DNA of 64,000 nucleotides from an uncultured bacterium (GCA_943788175.1 CALSPG010000001.1:32001-96000), one strand, 5' to 3'. Counted from the first letter of the stretch, positions 39,410-50,289 are shown. The notes: generated by a model not told the origin, from the sequence alone. Translations and numbers: made by a program.

Positions 39410-40546
39410 CTAAGAATCTTTCATGATGTTATTTGTGGGCTCATGCGTTATACTACCATGATGGGTAAAAGTTGAACCAGAGATTATCTCATCGTTCATA
39501 TCGAAATTAAGATTTTTTTCTTTAGTCATATGCTTAACTAATGCTAAAATATTTTTAGCGTATAATTCACTTGCATGAACCGGCATTGTCGCAGCAACAT
39601 TTGAAGTTCCGTCAATAATTACGCCATCATGTATAATGAGTTCATCTTTCTTAGTAATTTCACAGTTTCCCCCATTCTCCGCTGCAAGATCCATAATAAC
39701 GGAACCAGGTTTCATAAGTTCTACAACATCTTTTCCAATTAAAATAGGAGCTTTTCTACCAGGAATTAGAGCTGTTGTAATAACCATATCCGCTCTTGAT
39801 ATGTGCTCTTTAATAAGCTGCTGTTGCTTTTGCTTATAATCTTCAGATGTTTCTTTTGCATATCCACCTTCACCTACTCCATCATCAGATTCAGAGGAAA
39901 CTTCTACAAACTTTGCTCCAAGCGACTCAACTTGCTCTTTGACTTCAGGGCGAACATCAAAGGCCTCAACTTGAGAGCCAAGTCTCTTTGCGGTCGCGAT
40001 AGCTTGTAAACCTGCGACGCCTGCACCTAAAATTAAAACTTTAGCTGGTCTGATTGTTCCAGCAGCGGTCATCAATAATGGCATGTAAACACTCATATGA
40101 GTAGATCCCATTAGAACTGCTTTGTATCCAGCAATGTTTGCTTGCGATGAAAGTGCATCCATTTTTTGAGCTAGAGTTGTTCTAGGAACTAGGTGCATAG
40201 ACATTCCAGTAATATTGAATTTTTGCATAGCACTTACTTTATCTAATTCAATTGTCGGCTGAAAAAAAGAAATGCAAACTGATTTTTTGGCTAAAAGTGA
40301 AATCTCATCTAAACTTGGTGACGCGACTTTTAAGATTATGCTTGCATCATTTAATAATTCAGCAGAAGATTTAATAATTTTGGCACCAGATTTTTTAAAT
40401 AAATCATCAGAAATAAACGATTTATCCCCAGCACTGGCCTGAATACAAACTTCATAGCCTGATTTTATTAATTCTGAGACAGAATAAGGAGTTACAGCTA
40501 CTCTTGTTTCGCTGTCGACTGATTCTCTTGGTACTGAAATTTTCAT
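39410..40546 (-). CDS. pntAA: NAD(P) transhydrogenase subunit alpha, part 1 (NAD-binding)
   Basis: ETRVA, MDALSSQANIAGYKAV, GAGVAGLQAIATAKRLG, GGYAKE, TTALIPGR. Confidence 0.96.
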   Translation of the reverse strand: MKISVPRESVDSETRVAVTPYSVSELIKSGYEVCIQASAGDKSFISDDLFKKSGAKIIKSSAELLNDASIILKVASPSLDEISLLAKKSVCISFFQPTIELDKVSAMQKFNITGMSMHLVPRTTLAQKMDALSSQANIAGYKAVLMGSTHMSVYMPLLMTAAGTIRPAKVLILGAGVAGLQAIATAKRLGSQVEAFDVRPEVKEQVESLGAKFVEVSSESDDGVGEGGYAKETSEDYKQKQQQLIKEHISRADMVITTALIPGRKAPILIGKDVVELMKPGSVIMDLAAENGGNCEITKKDELIIHDGVIIDGTSNVAATMPVHASELYAKNILALVKHMTKEKNLNFDMNDEIISGSTFTHHGSITHEPTNNIMKDS

Positions 40547-40666
40547 TTTTTAATAGTGTTCTAAGCGCTGAACTTAGTAAGAAAAAATTAATGAACAATT
40601 GTTAAACAATAAAATTATTTACAATAAATTCCTTTCCTGTTTCAAATAAAAATAAATGAAATTTCA

Positions 40667-43348
40667 ATGATAAATAAAATTACAATTATCTCATGTCTTA
40701 TTTTTTCAATAGTTTACTCGAATACAATAACTGTTCCTGATGACTATTCATCTATTCAAATTGCGATAGACAATGCTGAAGAATTAGATACAGTTTTAGT
40801 TTCACCGGGGTTTTACCAAGAAAACATAAATTTTAATGGTAAAAACATTGTAATTACTTCTTCGTATGAATCTCAGAATGATTCCCTGGTGATTTCTACG
40901 ACAATTATTGATGGTGGCGATAATAGTTCCGTAGTTGTTTTTAATAGTAGCGAAAACGAAAATGCAGTTTTAAAAGGTTTTACGATTCAAAATGGTAATG
41001 GTTTTTTTGCGGATCCAGATGAGAATGGGACATTTTATACATACGGAGGAGGTATTTACTGCAAAGGTTCATCACCTGTATTAAAAGATTTAATTATTAA
41101 AAATAATTCGGGCAATGAAGGCGGTGGTGGCGGAATTTTTTGTTATGAAGCTTCCCCTACAATATCGGGATGTATTATAACTGAAAATTCAACAGATGAT
41201 GTGGGTGGTGGCCTTTATGCCAGGTTTTCTAATCTATCTATTTCCAATACCAATTTTATTTCAAACGAAGCTGATTTAGGCGCGGGTTGCTATTTACGAA
41301 ATGAATCAATCCCGAACTTAAATAATGTTGAATTTAGAACAAATATTGCCGCTAATTCTGGAGGTGCTATAGTTTTAAAAGATAATGCGGATGCAGTTTT
41401 CACGAATTTAAAAGTAATAAGTAACGAAGCTGAAGGTCTTGGTGGAGGACTTTATATAAATAATGCTGATCCGAGTTTAGGTCTTGCTCTTATAGCTTTA
41501 AACGTTGCTAGTGCAGGTGGTGGCGTTTATATGCGCAATAATTCAAATCCAATTTTTAATAATATAACTCTGGCATATAATAGCTCAGGCTTCGATGGAG
41601 GTGGAGGAGTCTATCTTAGAGATAACTCTGACTTACTTGTTTCAAATAGTGTATTTTGGGAAAATGGAGATTCGCAGTTTTATTTTCGTGATAGTGGTGA
41701 TGAAGTAGAACTAACTATATCATATAGTTTAGTTCAAAATAATCAAAATGGCGTAGAGGATAATAATAATGGTGATTTAAATTGGGGGCAAGGGATGCTT
41801 GAAGGTGATCCTTATTTTTGTAATGGAGAGGCTGGTGATTTTAGTGTTCGAGAAAATTCTTCATGCATTGATGGAGCTTCTGATGGTGGTTTGGTTGGTT
41901 TTTTAGGAGCTGGATGTGGACCTATTAATACTGGTCCTGTTTGGTATGTGAGCGAATTGGGAAATGATTCAAGTGATGGCTCAGTAGAAACTCCTTTTTC
42001 GTCAATACAAAAAGCAATCGATGTTTCTGTAAATGGGGATACAGTAAGATTGTTTACTGGTGAATATATTGAATCATTTGACTTTTTATCAAAGCAAATA
42101 GTTTTTGAATCCAGAGCTGAAGAGTTAGATAATGATACTATTGCTTTACAGACAATAATTTCTGTTGGGCCTTTAGGTGGTTCATGTATTGAATTAGTAG
42201 GGCAAGATGCTGCTAATGTTGAAATTAAAAATATGACTTTTTCTGGAGGGCAGAGTCAAATAGGTGGAGGTATCTACATAGAGAGCTCAAGTCCAAAACT
42301 TTCAGGAATTTTTGTTGAAAACAACACTGCTGAAGTAGGCGGTGGTCTGTATATAAATCAATCTAATGTTGAGCTGGTTGATGTTACTGTTTTTAATAAC
42401 GGTGCTAATTTTGGTGGCGGTGTTTATGCCACTGGTTCTTCTGTTAGTATTATTAGTTCATCCCTTGATAGTAATCTAGCATATTGGGGTGCTGGTATTT
42501 ATTCCGAAGATTCAAATTTTGATATAGAAATGTCAGATTTGAAACGAAATTATGCTCTAATTGAAGGAGGCGCTGTCTATCAAAGTGGTAATAGTTTTTT
42601 TGTAAGTGAATGTGCTATTTTTGAAAATTCAGGTTTAGATTTTGGCGGAGCTTTGGTCTCTTACAACGGTTTATTAGATGTCCAAAATAGTACTATTGCT
42701 GGAAACATTTCTAATTTTGGTGCTGCATTCAATTTAAGAGAGTCTGCATTAACGATAAAAAATTCAATAGTCTGGGAGAATGGACAGAATAGCTTGTATG
42801 TGGCCGCTGGCAATCAGTCAAGTATGATTTCCATAGATTTTTCAGATTTTTATGGAGGAGAGAACTATCTTTCTGAAAACCCAAATGTAATTTTAAACTG
42901 GGGACTTGGTAACTTTGATGTCGATCCACTTTTTTGTAATGCTTCTAATGGTGATTTTGCACTTCAAGAAAACTCAAGTTGTCTAGTCGCGAGTGATTCT
43001 TCAAGTTTTATTGGAGCGATTGAACAAACCTGCAGCCAACAACTTAGTTTAAATGATAATCTATTACCTATGGATTATAAGCTTTACCAAAATTACCCAA
43101 ATCCTTTTAATCCCAATACGACTATTAGATACACAATCGCAAAATCAAATATAGTTAACCTGTCAATATTCTCAATAAATGGTACGCTAGTAAAGGAATT
43201 AGTCAATGGTTATATGCCAATTGGAAATCATGCGTTAGTATGGGATGGCTCTGATAAAAATAACAATAGAGTTGCATCGGGTGTTTACCTTTACAGATTA
43301 TCAAACGGTGATAAGGTTGTAAGTATGAAAATGATTTTATCTAAATAA
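40667..43348 (+). CDS. Secreted parallel beta-helix repeat protein with C-terminal sorting domain
   Basis: VPDDYSSIQ.AI start, many GGG(I/L/V)Y repeats, two DPxFCN modules, QNYPNPFNP...KMILSK. Confidence 0.88.
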   Translation: MINKITIISCLIFSIVYSNTITVPDDYSSIQIAIDNAEELDTVLVSPGFYQENINFNGKNIVITSSYESQNDSLVISTTIIDGGDNSSVVVFNSSENENAVLKGFTIQNGNGFFADPDENGTFYTYGGGIYCKGSSPVLKDLIIKNNSGNEGGGGGIFCYEASPTISGCIITENSTDDVGGGLYARFSNLSISNTNFISNEADLGAGCYLRNESIPNLNNVEFRTNIAANSGGAIVLKDNADAVFTNLKVISNEAEGLGGGLYINNADPSLGLALIALNVASAGGGVYMRNNSNPIFNNITLAYNSSGFDGGGGVYLRDNSDLLVSNSVFWENGDSQFYFRDSGDEVELTISYSLVQNNQNGVEDNNNGDLNWGQGMLEGDPYFCNGEAGDFSVRENSSCIDGASDGGLVGFLGAGCGPINTGPVWYVSELGNDSSDGSVETPFSSIQKAIDVSVNGDTVRLFTGEYIESFDFLSKQIVFESRAEELDNDTIALQTIISVGPLGGSCIELVGQDAANVEIKNMTFSGGQSQIGGGIYIESSSPKLSGIFVENNTAEVGGGLYINQSNVELVDVTVFNNGANFGGGVYATGSSVSIISSSLDSNLAYWGAGIYSEDSNFDIEMSDLKRNYALIEGGAVYQSGNSFFVSECAIFENSGLDFGGALVSYNGLLDVQNSTIAGNISNFGAAFNLRESALTIKNSIVWENGQNSLYVAAGNQSSMISIDFSDFYGGENYLSENPNVILNWGLGNFDVDPLFCNASNGDFALQENSSCLVASDSSSFIGAIEQTCSQQLSLNDNLLPMDYKLYQNYPNPFNPNTTIRYTIAKSNIVNLSIFSINGTLVKELVNGYMPIGNHALVWDGSDKNNNRVASGVYLYRLSNGDKVVSMKMILSK

Positions 43349-43458
43349 GGTTTTATTAATTATTAAGTAATTTTTTGTTTTTTTTTAAACAATTTTAAAA
43401 AAAATCTAACTTTCTGCTTATAAAGAGCGGATTATTGTTATATTTAGCTCTACTTATT

Positions 43459-44202
43459 ATGAAATTGTTTAATTTTAAAAAGAAAATATTTTGTCTTGTT
43501 TCAATGACTGTTTTTATAAGTGCATCTGATCTTGGTGATTTTGCTGGTAATTGGGAAGGTTATGAATCGCTCAATAGCCCCTCATCAAATTATCAAGATA
43601 AACAGATTTACATTAATATTCGAACAGATGATGTTGAAGACACTAGCCTAGTTTACGTTTCTAATTCTTATTTCATTTATAATGGCTATCTAGATTGGGC
43701 CGATCATTACTTTTCTAATAACAAGAATGATAATATTATAACATTTTCGAGAAGATTCAATACGCCACTTGGGATAATAGGTACTCAAAATCTTGCATAT
43801 AAAATCTTAGATCATACTCAGGGAAGAATGTCTCTTGAATATATCTCTACTGATAGTACAACTATTCACAAGATCAGTGTCAGCATCGCTTCACTTGAAC
43901 TAATGTCAAATAATATTCCCAATTCTGTAAAATTAAAACCTAACTACCCGAATCCTTTCAACCCGTTGACAAGTATACCAGTTGTAGTTAAAAACACAGG
44001 CGAAGTCACAGTCAATATTTACGATTCAAATGGCGCATTTGTTAAAGAGGTTTTTAAAGGTATATTGAATTCAGGTGAGTTTTTATTTCGATGGGATGGT
44101 ATTAGTCAAAGTGGTAATAAAATGAGTTCGGGGCAATATTTTTGCAAATTAATTATAAATAACGAAATTGTAGCCTCAACAAAAATGATTTTACTTAAAT
44201 AG
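43459..44202 (+). CDS. Secreted protein with C-terminal sorting domain
   Basis: Signal-like N-terminus; PNYPNPFNP...WDG...SSGQYF...TKMILLK. Confidence 0.8.
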   Translation: MKLFNFKKKIFCLVSMTVFISASDLGDFAGNWEGYESLNSPSSNYQDKQIYINIRTDDVEDTSLVYVSNSYFIYNGYLDWADHYFSNNKNDNIITFSRRFNTPLGIIGTQNLAYKILDHTQGRMSLEYISTDSTTIHKISVSIASLELMSNNIPNSVKLKPNYPNPFNPLTSIPVVVKNTGEVTVNIYDSNGAFVKEVFKGILNSGEFLFRWDGISQSGNKMSSGQYFCKLIINNEIVASTKMILLK

Positions 44203-44233
44203 CGTTTATTTAAGATATTTAAAAAAATACTTA

Positions 44234-47200
44234 GTGTCTCAAATTAAAATTTTTATTTACCTATTTATCTTTTTTTCTCAAGCGAACGCAACGTGGCTTG
44301 AGAATATTCCACAAAAAATAAAACAGTCTAATGGTCAAGAGTTTGAATTATTTGCCTCTGGAGATCAGTATGCCCACAGGTTGCATGATAAAGATGATTA
44401 CACGATAGTTTTAAACCCGAATGATGGTGATTTTTATTATGCTGAAAAGATTGTCGATGACATTCTTCCCTCGGGCTACAAGGTAGGGTTGGTTGATCCC
44501 AAGCGAACAGGTTTGATACCCGGGTTAAATATTAGTAAAGAGAGATATCTAGAAAAAAAAGAATACTATGAGCAAAGCATGTCTTATAGAAATGGTCGTG
44601 ATGCGCCTACTTCTGGTAATTTATCACAGTTAAATGTTTTTATAAAGTTTGCTGATGATCCAAATTTTCCATTTAATCGCGATTATTATGATGTCCCTTT
44701 TAACTCAACAACAGAAGCTTCAATAAAAGATTATTATTATGAGGTTTCTTATGGAACGCTTACTGTTGATACCTACCATTATCCCCCAAGTATTCTAGGT
44801 TCAAACACATCTTACACTGATAGTAGAAACCGGGGATATTACAGTCCTTACTCTGCAACAAATACAGAAGGTTACCAAACAGATGATGAGAGAGCCACTC
44901 GAGAACATTCTTTGCTTAGAGATGCTGTAGTAGGAATACAGAACTCTGTTCCTGAAGATTTAAATATCGATGCAAATAACGATGGGTATGTTGATGCCTT
45001 GTCTTTTAGTATCAATGGCAATGTTGATGGGTGGTCTGAACTTTTATGGCCTCATCGTTGGGCATTGTTTTCATATGATGTTTATATTAATGGTGCCAGA
45101 GTTTATGACTACACTTTTGAGTTAACCGAAAGTTCCTATTTTACTGCTGGTGTTTTATGTCACGAATTTTTCCATGTGCTTGGTGCTCCAGATCTTTATC
45201 ATTATGATGGAGGAGGCGCTCCAGATGCTGTTGGAGGTTGGGATATTATGGAAAGTACCTCCAACCCTCCTCAATATATGGGTGCATTCTTAAAATGGAA
45301 GTATGGAGATTGGTTGCCGGAAATTCCTGAAATCAACTCTTCAGGTAGATACATGTTAAATCCGCTTCAACAGCAAGACAACGTTGCTTTCAAAATTGCA
45401 TCGCCGAATAGTGAAACAGAATATTATGTCGTTGAGTACAGAGTGAAAGAAGGTCGATATGACTCAAATACGCCTGGTTCTAGAGATGGTTTGCTGGTGT
45501 ACCGTATTAACACAGAAGCTGGAAATGGAAACGCTCAAGGGCCACCAGATGAAATATATCTTTACAGGCCGGGAGGTACACTCACTTCACAAGGGAGTTT
45601 TGTTTCTGCTCCTTACAACGCTTCATGGTCGCATACTGAAATAAATGATTTTTCTAATCCTGAGCCATATTTATATAATAATGGTATTGGAGCGAGTGGT
45701 GGTTTGAATTTATTAAATGTTGGAACAGGTGGAGAAACAATTTCTTTTACAGTCTCAATGGGCTCTCCAACAATTGAATTAAATCAAAGTAATATCTCTT
45801 TTAATTTGGAACCAAATGAATTTCAAGCTCAGAATATTTCTTTGGTAAATGGTGGTGACATAGAAACATTACTAATGTTTGAATTGAACTCTGCAAACTT
45901 ACCTTTTGCTAATCCCAGTAGTGGCCCCGATGGAGGTGGTTATTACTGGTCATCCTCATCCGTTGATACCTCTCTAGATTTTAGTTGGATAGATATTGAA
46001 AATTCTGGTACACAGGTTCAGTTCGTCAATAATGATGATTCTCCAAGTCCAGTATCGATAGGATTTAATTTCCCTTTTTTTGATAGTGAATATTCTGAAG
46101 TTTTAATTAATCCAAATGGCTGGATAGGGTTTGGTGAAGATAGTCCAAGCTGGTCAAACATCAGTATACCCAATGAAAATGCACCGAAACCAGCAATAAT
46201 GGCTATGTGGGATGATTTAAACCCTAATAATGATAACGGGAATACATCATCTGCTGGTGATGTTTATTATTATAATGATATTGAAAATGGCTACTTTGTT
46301 ATTTGGTATGATAATGTTGTTACTTGGCAAAATAATGCGGTCTCTGGCGAGTTTGATTTTCAGGTAGTATTGCATCAAGATGGCACTTTTCAACTTAACT
46401 ATAATGAAATTATTGGGAGCGCTAGTTCGGCAACAATTGGCTTCCAAGATGCGAGCGGTATTAACGGCTCATTAATTTCCTTTGATGAGGATATTTTAGC
46501 TAGTCAACAAACTATATTTGTATCGAAAGCCAGCCAATCTGATTGGCTAACGGTTGGAACTCAGACTGGAGAAATGAGTGGACTGTTAGGTGGGGGGCAA
46601 TCTTTTAATATTAACCTCATGGTTAACACAAATGGCATGGAGATTGGTAGCTACTACAGTTCATTGACTATCTCATCCGATCAAGTTGAATCTCAAACAG
46701 TGCCAATTGAATTAGAAATTTCGGGTGAGAATACTTCCATAATTTTACCATTTATTGATATAAATCAAGATACATTGGGAATAGTTGATATTCCAGAAAA
46801 TGTAGATACGAGAATCTCAACAGTATTTGAAAAATATACTCATTTAGAAATATCGGAAGGTGTCGTAATCCCAATCTTGGCACAAGGCGAGGTCGCAAAT
46901 AGTCAAATCCTACATGTGAAAAAGATACTAAAAGAGTTTTTAACCGATGTTGTCGGAACAGGATGGGGTGCAAATAAAACAGCTGTTATTAATGCTGTTT
47001 CAATGAGTAATGCATTCCTGGCGCTATTGAACGATGAAAATGAATATGGAAATCCAAATGTCCAATTACTGTTTAGTAGTGGTGCGAAAGGTCAAGATAT
47101 CCTTGGTACAGAAATTTTTTATGAAGGAACGAATGATTATATGAATAGCACAAAAAGAGATGCTACGTATGAAGAGGTTTTGCACTTTGTTCACAACTAT

Positions 47201-48202
47201 GGAATAGTAAATGCTCTTCCTTCAATGCAGTTAGCAATAAATCAGGCTATGAATAATGCTATTGAAAATGGTTTTTACGCGCCTCTTGTTGAGATTCCAG
47301 TTGAGGATCATGATGACGAGTATATTGCTTTAGCGATGGAAGTTTATTTTGGTCTTTGGGCTCATGACCCAGAAGGAAACGGCTGGGCAGGTGGACAAGA
47401 ATATCATTTTATTAATCGAGAACAAATGGTTCAAGGTGATTCACTTGGAGCGGAGTTGGTAAAATCATTTTTCGGGGAAAATTTTCGTTATATTGCTGAA
47501 CTTCCTTATTCTTTTGAAGGGTCTTTCAGTATGAGCCTCGACTCGAGTTTGTCGTACACAAATAGATCAAGATATCTTCAAAATGTTAGGGTATTAGGCG
47601 GAAATGACGTTGAAGTCATCGGCAATGATTTAAACAATATTGTTTTTGGAAACTCAGGTACTAATCAATTTACGGGTAAAGGAGACAATGACTATTTTGA
47701 TGGTGGTGATGGAATTGATAGAGCTGTTTTTTCTGGTAGTTATGGTGAATATGCAGTTTTTGAGAGCGCTGATTGGAATAATTACCAGCCCTTTGTTGTT
47801 GATTTATATTCAAATAGGGATGGAGCTGATACTTTGTTAGATATTGAAGAGATGGATTTTAATGGCGTTATATACGGCTTAGGAGAAGAGCTAAATACCA
47901 ATATAAGTAATTTTATAATTGATGAATTCAAGTTATTTCCAAGCTACCCGAACCCTTTTAATTCTTCCACTACTATAAATTTTAATTTACCAAAAGAATC
48001 TACTGTGAATTTAGTTATTATTGATTTACTTGGACGCAAAGTTAGGACGATATTAGATGATGAAATAAAAAATATGGGTTCCTATCAAGTAAAATGGCAT
48101 GGCTATAATGACTCTGGCTCCTTAGTTCCTTCTGGTATATATTTAATTCACTTTACGAGCGAATCATTTTCTAAGCATTTTAAGACAGTTCTTATTAAAT
48201 AA
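44234..48202 (+). CDS. M6 family (immune inhibitor A-like) metalloprotease, multidomain, with C-terminal sorting domain
   Basis: LWPHRW, GVLCHEFFHVLGAPDLY, GGWDIM, EYYVVEYR, GLLVYRI; NIDO-like region; RTX-like GDNDYFDGGDGID; SYPNPFN tail. Confidence 0.9.
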   Translation: MSQIKIFIYLFIFFSQANATWLENIPQKIKQSNGQEFELFASGDQYAHRLHDKDDYTIVLNPNDGDFYYAEKIVDDILPSGYKVGLVDPKRTGLIPGLNISKERYLEKKEYYEQSMSYRNGRDAPTSGNLSQLNVFIKFADDPNFPFNRDYYDVPFNSTTEASIKDYYYEVSYGTLTVDTYHYPPSILGSNTSYTDSRNRGYYSPYSATNTEGYQTDDERATREHSLLRDAVVGIQNSVPEDLNIDANNDGYVDALSFSINGNVDGWSELLWPHRWALFSYDVYINGARVYDYTFELTESSYFTAGVLCHEFFHVLGAPDLYHYDGGGAPDAVGGWDIMESTSNPPQYMGAFLKWKYGDWLPEIPEINSSGRYMLNPLQQQDNVAFKIASPNSETEYYVVEYRVKEGRYDSNTPGSRDGLLVYRINTEAGNGNAQGPPDEIYLYRPGGTLTSQGSFVSAPYNASWSHTEINDFSNPEPYLYNNGIGASGGLNLLNVGTGGETISFTVSMGSPTIELNQSNISFNLEPNEFQAQNISLVNGGDIETLLMFELNSANLPFANPSSGPDGGGYYWSSSSVDTSLDFSWIDIENSGTQVQFVNNDDSPSPVSIGFNFPFFDSEYSEVLINPNGWIGFGEDSPSWSNISIPNENAPKPAIMAMWDDLNPNNDNGNTSSAGDVYYYNDIENGYFVIWYDNVVTWQNNAVSGEFDFQVVLHQDGTFQLNYNEIIGSASSATIGFQDASGINGSLISFDEDILASQQTIFVSKASQSDWLTVGTQTGEMSGLLGGGQSFNINLMVNTNGMEIGSYYSSLTISSDQVESQTVPIELEISGENTSIILPFIDINQDTLGIVDIPENVDTRISTVFEKYTHLEISEGVVIPILAQGEVANSQILHVKKILKEFLTDVVGTGWGANKTAVINAVSMSNAFLALLNDENEYGNPNVQLLFSSGAKGQDILGTEIFYEGTNDYMNSTKRDATYEEVLHFVHNYGIVNALPSMQLAINQAMNNAIENGFYAPLVEIPVEDHDDEYIALAMEVYFGLWAHDPEGNGWAGGQEYHFINREQMVQGDSLGAELVKSFFGENFRYIAELPYSFEGSFSMSLDSSLSYTNRSRYLQNVRVLGGNDVEVIGNDLNNIVFGNSGTNQFTGKGDNDYFDGGDGIDRAVFSGSYGEYAVFESADWNNYQPFVVDLYSNRDGADTLLDIEEMDFNGVIYGLGEELNTNISNFIIDEFKLFPSYPNPFNSSTTINFNLPKESTVNLVIIDLLGRKVRTILDDEIKNMGSYQVKWHGYNDSGSLVPSGIYLIHFTSESFSKHFKTVLIK

Positions 48203-48347
48203 ATAAAAGATATTTGTAAGTGTTTTTCCTCGATTACTCGTTCTTATATTAGTCGGTGTAAATTTATAGTTTTCGCATGCGTTTATTAACATGCAAGTAG
48301 TTTTATTGATAAGTAATTAATAATTAATTTTAATTAAAGGAGTTTTT

Positions 48348-48755
48348 ATGAAAGTATTAAAAAAATTGCGGTCTGGTTTTACTATGATAGAAATTATGGT
48401 TGTTGTTGTTATTGTCGCGATTTTAGCTGCGATAGCACTTCCAATCTATCTTGATTATGTCCAGAGCTCTTACGCTTCGGAAGCTAGGACAGTTATGTCA
48501 AATGTCCATAATGCGGCAAAAATGTATTATCAGACTAAAGGTGAATGGCCGGGTGATGTTGAGCAGTTAGAGAGATCTGGGCAACTTGATTTAGATAGAT
48601 CTACAAAGCTTAAGTGGACTTTTGAGTTGCAATTACCTGATAGATTAAGCGCGACAAGTACCGAGGAGATGACGGGTGGTGCTGGAAAAGTCGTGTCTTT
48701 TGATGCTCTAACCGGAAAATTCAAGGGGTATGGTTCACCAGAAGATAATCAGTAG
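48348..48755 (+). CDS. pilA: Type IV major pilin-like protein
   Basis: Class III signal RSG|FTMIEIMVVVVIVAILAAIALP with E5; AAGGAG RBS. Confidence 0.88.
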   Translation: MKVLKKLRSGFTMIEIMVVVVIVAILAAIALPIYLDYVQSSYASEARTVMSNVHNAAKMYYQTKGEWPGDVEQLERSGQLDLDRSTKLKWTFELQLPDRLSATSTEEMTGGAGKVVSFDALTGKFKGYGSPEDNQ

Positions 48756-48757
48756 CC

Positions 48758-49810
48758 ATGGACCTTAATCAATTATTATCGTACAGTATCGACAGCGGTG
48801 CATCTGATTTGCACTTGAGTGTTGGCTCGATTCCTATGGTACGTATTAATGGAACAATGAAGCCTCTAAATCTCGATGTTCTGATACAAGAGGATATCGA
48901 AAAAATGTTACCCGAAATAATGGACAAGGACCAGCTGGCAATATTTAAAGAACAAAAAGAAATAGATTTCTCGGCTAAGCTTGAAGGTAAGGGTAGGTTT
49001 AGGGTTAATTTTTTCAATCAAATAAATGGCCTTGCCGCTGTATTTAGAACTATTCCTGACAGTATTAAAAGTTGTGATGAGCTGGGTATTCCTCCATTTA
49101 TGCAGGACTTAGCAATGATTGATAGGGGTCTTGTCCTTTTGACTGGGCCAACTGGTTCTGGTAAGAGTACTACTTTAGCAGCAATGGTTGACCATATTAA
49201 TAGAAATAAGGCTTGTCATATCATAACGATTGAGGACCCTGTAGAATATTATCACCACACGAAAGAAAGTTTGATTAACCAGAGGGAGTTAGGCGCGAGT
49301 ACCCATAGTTTTTCAAATGCTCTAAGAGCTGCTTTAAGGGAGGACCCTGATGTTATATTAGTTGGCGAGATGAGAGACTTAGACACTATTTCATTAGCTT
49401 TGACGGCAGCAGAAACTGGTCACCTTGTTCTGTCTACTCTCCATACATCTAGTGCAGTAAAGTCAATTGATAGAATTATTGATATTTATCCATCAGGACA
49501 AAAAGATCAAATTAGATCGATGTTATCTGAATCTCTAGAAGCTGTTATCTCCCAAAAGCTATTGCCTACTAAGGATGGTAAAGGTCGGGTACCAGCCTGC
49601 GAGGTTATGATATCAAGTACAGCAATTAGAAATCTTATTAGAGAAGATAGGGTATTCCAGATAACGTCTGTAATTCAGTCCGGCGGAGTTGAGGGTATGC
49701 AAACTTTGGATCAGGATTTACAGCGATTGGTAACCCAGGGGAAAATTGAGCGTAAGGTTGCAATGGAGATTGCTGACAACCCTAAGCTTTTTAAACAAAA
49801 TGTGTTGTGA
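48758..49810 (+). CDS. pilT: Type IV pilus retraction ATPase
   Basis: ASDLHL, GPTGSGKSTT, EDPVEY, LREDPDVILVGEMRD, TAAETGH, AIRNLIRE, GMQT. Confidence 0.95.
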   Translation: MDLNQLLSYSIDSGASDLHLSVGSIPMVRINGTMKPLNLDVLIQEDIEKMLPEIMDKDQLAIFKEQKEIDFSAKLEGKGRFRVNFFNQINGLAAVFRTIPDSIKSCDELGIPPFMQDLAMIDRGLVLLTGPTGSGKSTTLAAMVDHINRNKACHIITIEDPVEYYHHTKESLINQRELGASTHSFSNALRAALREDPDVILVGEMRDLDTISLALTAAETGHLVLSTLHTSSAVKSIDRIIDIYPSGQKDQIRSMLSESLEAVISQKLLPTKDGKGRVPACEVMISSTAIRNLIREDRVFQITSVIQSGGVEGMQTLDQDLQRLVTQGKIERKVAMEIADNPKLFKQNVL

Positions 49811-50289
49811 TAATGATTAGAAAAACAAGTAGCGGAATAGGTTTTATTGAAGTCATGACAGCGGTTGTAATCATTTCAATTGCTGCTCTAGGTATTCTTA
49901 TGGGTGCAGTTCATGCTCGAGGAGAACTTCATGCTCTAGAAGTAAAGGAGCGCGCAACGGAAGAGCTTCTAAATCATATGGAATACTGGAAAGGAAGAAT
50001 TGCTGATGGTGTTTTATCCTCTTCCGAATGGAGTGGTGATTTACAAGGTGATCAAATTTATCTTTTTGGAAACGCTCAATCTAGTTATAAAGTAAAAGCA
50101 ACATTGTATTATGATATAAATAAGCTCGAGGGCACAACAGAGCATGGGCCAACAGATTTTAGAAGATATCAGCTTGACTGTTGGATAAAATGGAAAGATT
50201 ACATGCAGACGCCAGCTAATAGGTGGAGCGATAAGGTTGAAAAGGAAAGAAGACTTTCTACTGTAATGGCTGTCTTTGATATTGGATAA
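49807..50289 (+). CDS. Minor pilin, PilV-like
   Basis: Prepilin-like SSG|IGFIEVMTAVVII with E5; position in the cluster. Confidence 0.7.
   Translation: MIMIRKTSSGIGFIEVMTAVVIISIAALGILMGAVHARGELHALEVKERATEELLNHMEYWKGRIADGVLSSSEWSGDLQGDQIYLFGNAQSSYKVKATLYYDINKLEGTTEHGPTDFRRYQLDCWIKWKDYMQTPANRWSDKVEKERRLSTVMAVFDIG

Noticed and set aside
48203-48347. Sigma54 promoter before pilA
   Set aside because: No TGGCAC-N5-TTGC. Only a short GCATG/CATGC inverted repeat, which is too weak to call.
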